Virus genome (UHGV): UHGV-0295468
Strand: one strand, 5' to 3'
Source: a virus
Length of the DNA stretch: 11,413 bases
The position numbers and the translations under genes are program-made. Numbering within the stretch: the first letter of the stretch is position 1; every line of letters starts with the position of its first letter. This document shows positions 6,862 through 11,413 of this stretch, one piece after another. The notes under the pieces are model-generated. The model was not told where the DNA came from. It did no database searches and was given only the letters and a program-made list of their open reading frames with translations.

Positions 6862-8820
6862 TTACGCCGTACATTTCACCAGGCCGCGGTGATCAACTGG
6901 CGCAACACCAGCGTCAATACGCACTTTCGTTGTCACGCCATCCACACTGAAGCCCTCCATCTGATCAATATATGGCGTATCCACACCGTTGAGATAAGCC
7001 ACTTCAATCGTATCGGAGCCTTTGGACGCAGCCAGGTAGAAGGTGGTCTGGCTGTTATCATCAAGACGAGGCTCTGCAATAACGGTCGCAAAATCTTTCA
7101 CCGGGTTAATAATACCGGCGTTAATGTCAGCCCCCTTGACACTTGAGGAGCGAATGACCTGGTTAGCAACAGACTCCATCGCCGTCGGTACCAGTACGAA
7201 CGCAGGACGAATATTCAGATGACGCTCACCCTCTTTCTGAACGCGCATCAACTGGCGGGCTTTATCCAGCGATGCCACGTCCATTGCCGCGCTCTCCAGT
7301 ACGTTTGCATGTTTCGCTTTATCGAACAGACTTACATTATCTGTGGAGATTTTCGGGTTAGACGTCAGAATGGCATAAACCAGATCGGCAATAGTGGATT
7401 TCGCCGCACGGCCCAGCTTCATCGGGACATCGGTCAGCATATTCAGATCATCATTGATAATGGCCTGACGGGTGATACTGAACAGCTCGCCATAGGTCGC
7501 CAGTGCAATAGTGGCCTGTTTATCTCCGGTGGTGACGTATTTATATTCTGCCCCTTCACGCACCTGACGCAGAGCACTGAAGCCCCCCATACCCACACGA
7601 TGGGCAATTTTAAAATCAGACAACTGACCTTTCCGCGTCCACTGTTCATAGGTTTCAGGGGCATCTTCCCAGCCCTGCAGAATGGCTTTGTTCGCAACAT
7701 CCAGCAGAATATTACCGAAGTCAGACGTACTGTGTGTGAACGCCGCACCGACCATCTGCATCGGGTTATAACTGGAAACACCAATACCACGTTCAGTCAG
7801 TGACATACGGGCATATTCACGCAGGGTCATCCCGTTGTAGACATTATCACGTTCAGTTTTTTCAAACCCGGCGCGCGCCATCAGCGCCTGGCGGATCCCG
7901 TCCCCCACAAAATTACCGTTACCGGCATAAATATGAGCCGGGGTATTTTTATTGGATGGCGTGGACTCGCGCCCCATCTCGTTCAACAGCTTTTCGCGGG
8001 CCTGCTCCAGCGAACATTCAGGATCGGCAAGACACTGAGCCTGCAACGACTGATAACGCCCGCCAAACATGGCAAACAGATCATTAATACCGTTTACACG
8101 CGCTTTTTGCTCTGCCAGGACCTGCGCACGGATGCTGTTTTCATCCACCACGGGTGCTGCTGCCTGCACTGGCGTCCGGGAGGCTGCAGGTCCATCATCC
8201 TGTACGCGTGGAGCACTGTTGCGTGGCGGAGTAATCATATTTCGAATGGATTCCGGCATCTTTTTAAATTCCTCTGTACGTTTTGACTGAATACATGCCA
8301 TTGCCTTAACGGCTGGTGTCACCTGATCAGCAAATCCCTGTGCCAGACATTCGGCACCGGACATCCAGGTCTCATCCGCCAGCATGGCAGCAATTTCATC
8401 GGTGGTTTTCCCGGTTTTCTGTGCATAAGCGGGTAACAGAACCGCCTCAACTTTATCGAGCAGGTCGGCATAGGTGCGCATGTCCTCCGCATCACCGCCC
8501 GTAAAGCCAAATGGTTTATGAATCATCATGAAGGAGTTTTCCGGCATAATGACCGGGTTTCCCACCATCGCAATGACCGACGCCATTGACGCCGCCACAC
8601 CGTCGACATAAACGGTAATGGACGCACCATGTGTTTTCAGTGCATTAAAAATGGCGATGCCTTCAAAGACATCGCCACCCGGTGAATTAATATGGAGATT
8701 AATGTGGGTGATATCGCCCAGTGCATTCAGATCACTGATAAACTGCTTCGCCGTAACACCCCAGAAACCAATCTCGTCATAAATATAAATATCCGCGTCA
8801 CTCTGGTGACCTGCCTGCAT
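6862..8820 (-). CDS. Prohead protease (ClpP/S14-like), scaffold-like linker and HK97-fold major capsid region in one 652-aa ORF
   Basis: N-terminal ~200 aa have ClpP-like features (IYIYDEIG..., INSPGGDVFEGIAIFNALK, VDGVAASMASVIAM, MIHKP). The middle is a charged Ala/Gln-rich region. The C-terminal ~330 aa look like an HK97-type capsid protein (no lambda gpE similarity). ATG at 8820..8818 lies 13 nt after the portal stop. The ORF-track extension to 9081 starts at a TTG and overlaps the portal by ~250 nt. Confidence 0.78.
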   Translation of the reverse strand: MQAGHQSDADIYIYDEIGFWGVTAKQFISDLNALGDITHINLHINSPGGDVFEGIAIFNALKTHGASITVYVDGVAASMASVIAMVGNPVIMPENSFMMIHKPFGFTGGDAEDMRTYADLLDKVEAVLLPAYAQKTGKTTDEIAAMLADETWMSGAECLAQGFADQVTPAVKAMACIQSKRTEEFKKMPESIRNMITPPRNSAPRVQDDGPAASRTPVQAAAPVVDENSIRAQVLAEQKARVNGINDLFAMFGGRYQSLQAQCLADPECSLEQAREKLLNEMGRESTPSNKNTPAHIYAGNGNFVGDGIRQALMARAGFEKTERDNVYNGMTLREYARMSLTERGIGVSSYNPMQMVGAAFTHSTSDFGNILLDVANKAILQGWEDAPETYEQWTRKGQLSDFKIAHRVGMGGFSALRQVREGAEYKYVTTGDKQATIALATYGELFSITRQAIINDDLNMLTDVPMKLGRAAKSTIADLVYAILTSNPKISTDNVSLFDKAKHANVLESAAMDVASLDKARQLMRVQKEGERHLNIRPAFVLVPTAMESVANQVIRSSSVKGADINAGIINPVKDFATVIAEPRLDDNSQTTFYLAASKGSDTIEVAYLNGVDTPYIDQMEGFSVDGVTTKVRIDAGVAPVDHRGLVKCTA

Positions 8821-8833
8821 CCTGAACCAGGAA

Positions 8834-10342
8834 TTATTCTTCGGACTGGTCGTCGGTGTGCTGCGGCTCCTGTCGTTTCGTTGCGGCACTGCTGCCTCCT
8901 TTATCACTGGCCGGATCGGTATCAAATACCAGATCCAGCTTGCGGTTTTCATCAATTTCGGCCTTGCGCCGACGTTTGACATCATCTGGATTACGACCAC
9001 CTGCACGTACCCAGTCTGATTCTGTCGCCGCTCCACCACGAATCTGAATTTTCCAGGCCTCAGCCTCCTTAACAGGGTCAATCCACGGCATCACCGGTCC
9101 GGAATACACCGCGGTATACAGTGAAGAACGATCAAGATCGCGGGGTAGCCTGATAACACCGGATGCCACAGCCTGTTTCAGCCAGGCACGATACATCGGG
9201 CGGGTGACGGCACCAATAAACCAGTCCTGCAGGATCAGGTAGCCATCAGTGGATTCAACCAGCTCCTGACGCTGGGCGCTGTAAGTGCCGTTATAGTTGC
9301 GCGCTGTACTGGAAAAACTCAGACGACTGCCCGCCGCCACGGCACGCAACTGACCATTACGAAAAGTTTCAAGATTAGGATTGGGGCGATCCGACTTCAC
9401 CATTCCGATTTCTTCGCCGGGTTTCAGATCGTCGTAAATAATGCCTGGCTGAATGGTAAGCTCGCGTTCCTTATCCTTGCTGCCATTACCATCCGGTTCA
9501 TAGCTCTGCCCGTCGCCTTTCCGGATGTACATCCCCAGAGCAGCGGCGATCCTTGCTGCAGTCAGCTCAGAATCTTCATACTCTTTCAGGGCACTGAGGC
9601 GGATCAGCACACCGGACAACAAAGACGTCCCGCGCATCTGGTGCAGACGGCGAACAAATTTAAGATGCAGCATTCGCTCTGCATCCACTTCTTTGGTTTC
9701 CATCTGCCGTCCGGATACGGGACGGCTTTTATACACCAGATATTTTTCGGGACGCCCCCAGTCATCAACAAACACGCCCTGATTCAGCCTGTTGCTCTCA
9801 TCACTGGTCATGGGAATAAAGTCCGGCTCGAGCGCCTCCAGCCAGAAATGAACACCGGCAGAAGGCGTCAGGCTGTTTATGCGCCCGGAAACCATCTGGG
9901 CAAACACCTCACCATCGCGCAGCCAGGTACGCAACATCAGACGTTCCAGCATCGGACGGGTAAACTGCCCGGTGACTTCCGGACTGACAGACCATTCACT
10001 CCATCGGGTGCGTATCTCCGCTGCCAGATCACGGGCAATGGCCCCATTGCGTAATACCGGATGTGGCTCGACAATAATCCCGTTTTTCCCCACCACCCGT
10101 TCTTCCAGCTTGTCAAATACACCAATGACCAGATCGTGGTTGTTATCAAGGTAACGGGCCTGCTCACGTAACGACACGGCCCCGTACTGGCTTAACTGGT
10201 CGGCAGTTCGGTTTTCCCGCCGGGCTTTGTGTGTCCGCGTCGTTTTTACGGCCTCATAAGCCTGGATCACCGCACGGGAACGCAGCCTTGCCGCTTTCCA
10301 TCCTGGTGAAAAAACGCCAATCACATCATCAAGAATTGCCAT
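8834..10342 (-). CDS. Portal protein (502 aa from the ATG at 10342)
   Basis: Size and position (between W/terminase and the protease-capsid gene) are typical of a portal; acidic C-terminal tail. The ATG at 10342..10340 overlaps the W stop TGA (10344..10342) in an ATGA arrangement. Assignment rests on synteny and general appearance, not on a recalled alignment. Confidence 0.8.
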   Translation of the reverse strand: MAILDDVIGVFSPGWKAARLRSRAVIQAYEAVKTTRTHKARRENRTADQLSQYGAVSLREQARYLDNNHDLVIGVFDKLEERVVGKNGIIVEPHPVLRNGAIARDLAAEIRTRWSEWSVSPEVTGQFTRPMLERLMLRTWLRDGEVFAQMVSGRINSLTPSAGVHFWLEALEPDFIPMTSDESNRLNQGVFVDDWGRPEKYLVYKSRPVSGRQMETKEVDAERMLHLKFVRRLHQMRGTSLLSGVLIRLSALKEYEDSELTAARIAAALGMYIRKGDGQSYEPDGNGSKDKERELTIQPGIIYDDLKPGEEIGMVKSDRPNPNLETFRNGQLRAVAAGSRLSFSSTARNYNGTYSAQRQELVESTDGYLILQDWFIGAVTRPMYRAWLKQAVASGVIRLPRDLDRSSLYTAVYSGPVMPWIDPVKEAEAWKIQIRGGAATESDWVRAGGRNPDDVKRRRKAEIDENRKLDLVFDTDPASDKGGSSAATKRQEPQHTDDQSEE

Positions 10343-10554
10343 CAGAACCTCGCAAGCCGGTACCCGGGATGCCCCCGTCGTCGTGTAATCAGAGCCGCAA
10401 GGCGGCGCTCCCACTCCTGCCGTCCCTGCCGGATCTCAGATAAGTTTTCCATGGTCATCTGCTGACCATTAAAGGTGACGGATTTTCCGTCCAGCACCGC
10501 CATTTCAGCTTCCGTATAACGCTGAATCATGGCTTCGATATCATTCTGGTTCAT
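10342..10554 (-). CDS. W: Head-tail joining protein, gpW-like (70 aa from the ATG at 10554)
   Basis: Small protein directly after the terminase gene with a C-terminal RRRGHPGY motif resembling lambda gpW (RRRGPAGF). The ATG at 10554..10552 overlaps the terminase stop TGA (10553..10551); GGAGG lies 6 nt upstream. The track ATG at 10560 has no spacer after the Shine-Dalgarno sequence. Confidence 0.7.
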   Translation of the reverse strand: MNQNDIEAMIQRYTEAEMAVLDGKSVTFNGQQMTMENLSEIRQGRQEWERRLAALITRRRGHPGYRLARF

Positions 10555-11330
10555 AACCATCCTCCGGAAGTCAGCCAGGGGTTAACATCGTCAGTTACTG
10601 TTTTCTTCCGTTTTTGTTTTTTAACAGGCGTGGATACCGGTTCCGGTGTGGGTGACGGTTCGGTACTGTCCGGGACACACTCCAGCCAGGTTTCCCGGCT
10701 CGCCCACTCCGGTGCATCCGGCCAGCGGATCTTTTCGTATCCATGCAGAATGACCAGAGCCTCGGCATACACCATCAGGTCAAAAGCTTCGTTGGCACCG
10801 CGACCCGGCTTACTCCATTTCCCGTCACTGCTCCGCTCTTCATACGTCAGTTCGTCGTAAAACCAGCTCCCCAGCCAGTCAGGGAAATGCACATAGCCGG
10901 GACCTGGCGAGTCACGCCATAACGCGTTATTCACCCGGTCTTTCAGGGCATCCGTCTGAAGAAGCCAGAGCGGTACATCACCTGCGGCCTGCGCCCGTCG
11001 GCCCGTTCGTCCGGTGTTATCAGGGAATGTACGGGTGATCAGTTTTGCGCGCCGGATGCTGTCGCCCTTAAACAGGTAAATACGTTTACCAAGGCCATCA
11101 CGACGGCAACGACGCCAGAATTTATAGGCATTATCAGTGACCCCGTCTTCACCGCCGGAGTCCACCGCCATTGCCATCAGTCGCATTTGTTGAGAAGGAT
11201 CGGAGGCCAGCGGCCAGCTTTTATGAAAAACATCCGTCAGCAGGACATCCCAGTCTTCCGGATAGCTGGCCGGATCAATTCGCTGGCTCTCCCCGATGGC
11301 GGTGGACTCCGGCGGTGAAGACGGGGTCAC
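10551..11330 (-). CDS. A: Terminase large subunit, C-terminal fragment only (about 248 codons, 11294..10551); the codons above 11295 are read-through into the right inverted-repeat arm and the N-terminal ATPase part is absent
   Basis: Position immediately upstream of W and portal with ATGA coupling to W; globular, Trp/Asp-rich sequence typical of a terminase nuclease domain. The ORF-track start is a GTG inside the inverted-repeat arm. Assignment is by synteny and general appearance; not verified by search. Confidence 0.7.
   Translation of the reverse strand: MTPSSPPESTAIGESQRIDPASYPEDWDVLLTDVFHKSWPLASDPSQQMRLMAMAVDSGGEDGVTDNAYKFWRRCRRDGLGKRIYLFKGDSIRRAKLITRTFPDNTGRTGRRAQAAGDVPLWLLQTDALKDRVNNALWRDSPGPGYVHFPDWLGSWFYDELTYEERSSDGKWSKPGRGANEAFDLMVYAEALVILHGYEKIRWPDAPEWASRETWLECVPDSTEPSPTPEPVSTPVKKQKRKKTVTDDVNPWLTSGGWL
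11054..11171. repeat. Internal partner of the right inverted repeat, inside the terminase coding sequence
   Basis: Exact reverse complement of 11296..11413 (118/118); position i pairs with 22467-i; the match breaks at 11172 vs 11295. Confidence 0.95.
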
Positions 11331-11413
11331 TGATAATGCCTATAAATTCTGGCGTCGTTGCCGTCGTGATGGCCTTGGTAAACGTATTTACCTGTTTAAG
11401 GGCGACAGCATCC
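11296..11413. repeat. Right-terminal inverted-repeat arm: exact reverse complement of 11054..11171, running to the window edge
   Basis: Base-by-base comparison with no mismatch over 118 bp, separated from its partner by a 124-bp unique spacer (11172..11295). The arm reaches the last base of the window, so the true length is unknown. Confidence 0.95.

Noticed and set aside
6889-8290. Plus- and minus-strand overlapping ORFs within the capsid gene (6889..7146, 7219..7803, 7443..7790, 7800..8087, 7933..8286, 8069..8290)
   Set aside because: They lie fully inside the protease-capsid ORF, mostly antisense, without start signals; their translations look like frame artefacts.
8821-9081. N-terminal extension of the protease-capsid ORF to 9081 (739 aa)
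   Set aside because: The extension begins at a TTG and overlaps the portal gene by about 250 nt, whereas the ATG at 8820 sits 13 nt after the portal stop. The same reasoning rejects the TTG/GTG-initiated extensions at 3731 (H), 4439 (G), 5276 (V) and 10414 (portal).
9525-10167. Plus- and minus-strand ORFs inside the portal gene (9525..9782, 9641..10054, 9879..10154, 9937..10167)
   Set aside because: Embedded in or antisense to the portal coding sequence, with no independent start signals.
1-11413. Defence system, toxin-antitoxin, CRISPR array, tRNA, integrase or attachment site
   Set aside because: I looked for short direct repeats with spacers, tRNA-like cloverleaf regions, and non-structural ORFs in the gaps. 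Every substantial ORF is accounted for by head or tail morphogenesis genes and the intergenic gaps are at most about 90 bp.

Overview
This window is the late (morphogenesis) operon of a lambda-like siphovirus or prophage, probably enterobacterial, encoded entirely on the minus strand. Reading right to left: a terminase large-subunit C-terminal fragment, gpW-like head-tail joining protein, portal, a single long ORF combining a ClpP-like prohead protease with scaffold and HK97-fold major capsid regions, an ORF with a gpD-like decoration N-terminal part and a gpFII-like C-terminal part, then the lambda-type tail genes Z, U, V, G/G-T (with a -1 frameshift), tape measure H, M, and only the first ~57 codons of L. 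All protein identifications come from reading the supplied translations and comparing them with lambda protein sequences recalled from memory; no database search was run. The most unusual feature is structural: both ends of the window are exact fold-back inverted duplications (1..136 is the reverse complement of 287..422; 11296..11413 is the reverse complement of 11054..11171), each separated from its partner by a short unique spacer and each cutting a gene (L on the left, terminase on the right). I cannot tell from sequence alone whether these are real rearrangements or strand-switch artefacts of amplification or assembly. I found no tRNA, CRISPR array, integrase, att site, lysis gene, or defence or toxin system, and I do not see a novel biological system here beyond the fold-back architecture and two unusual fused ORFs.
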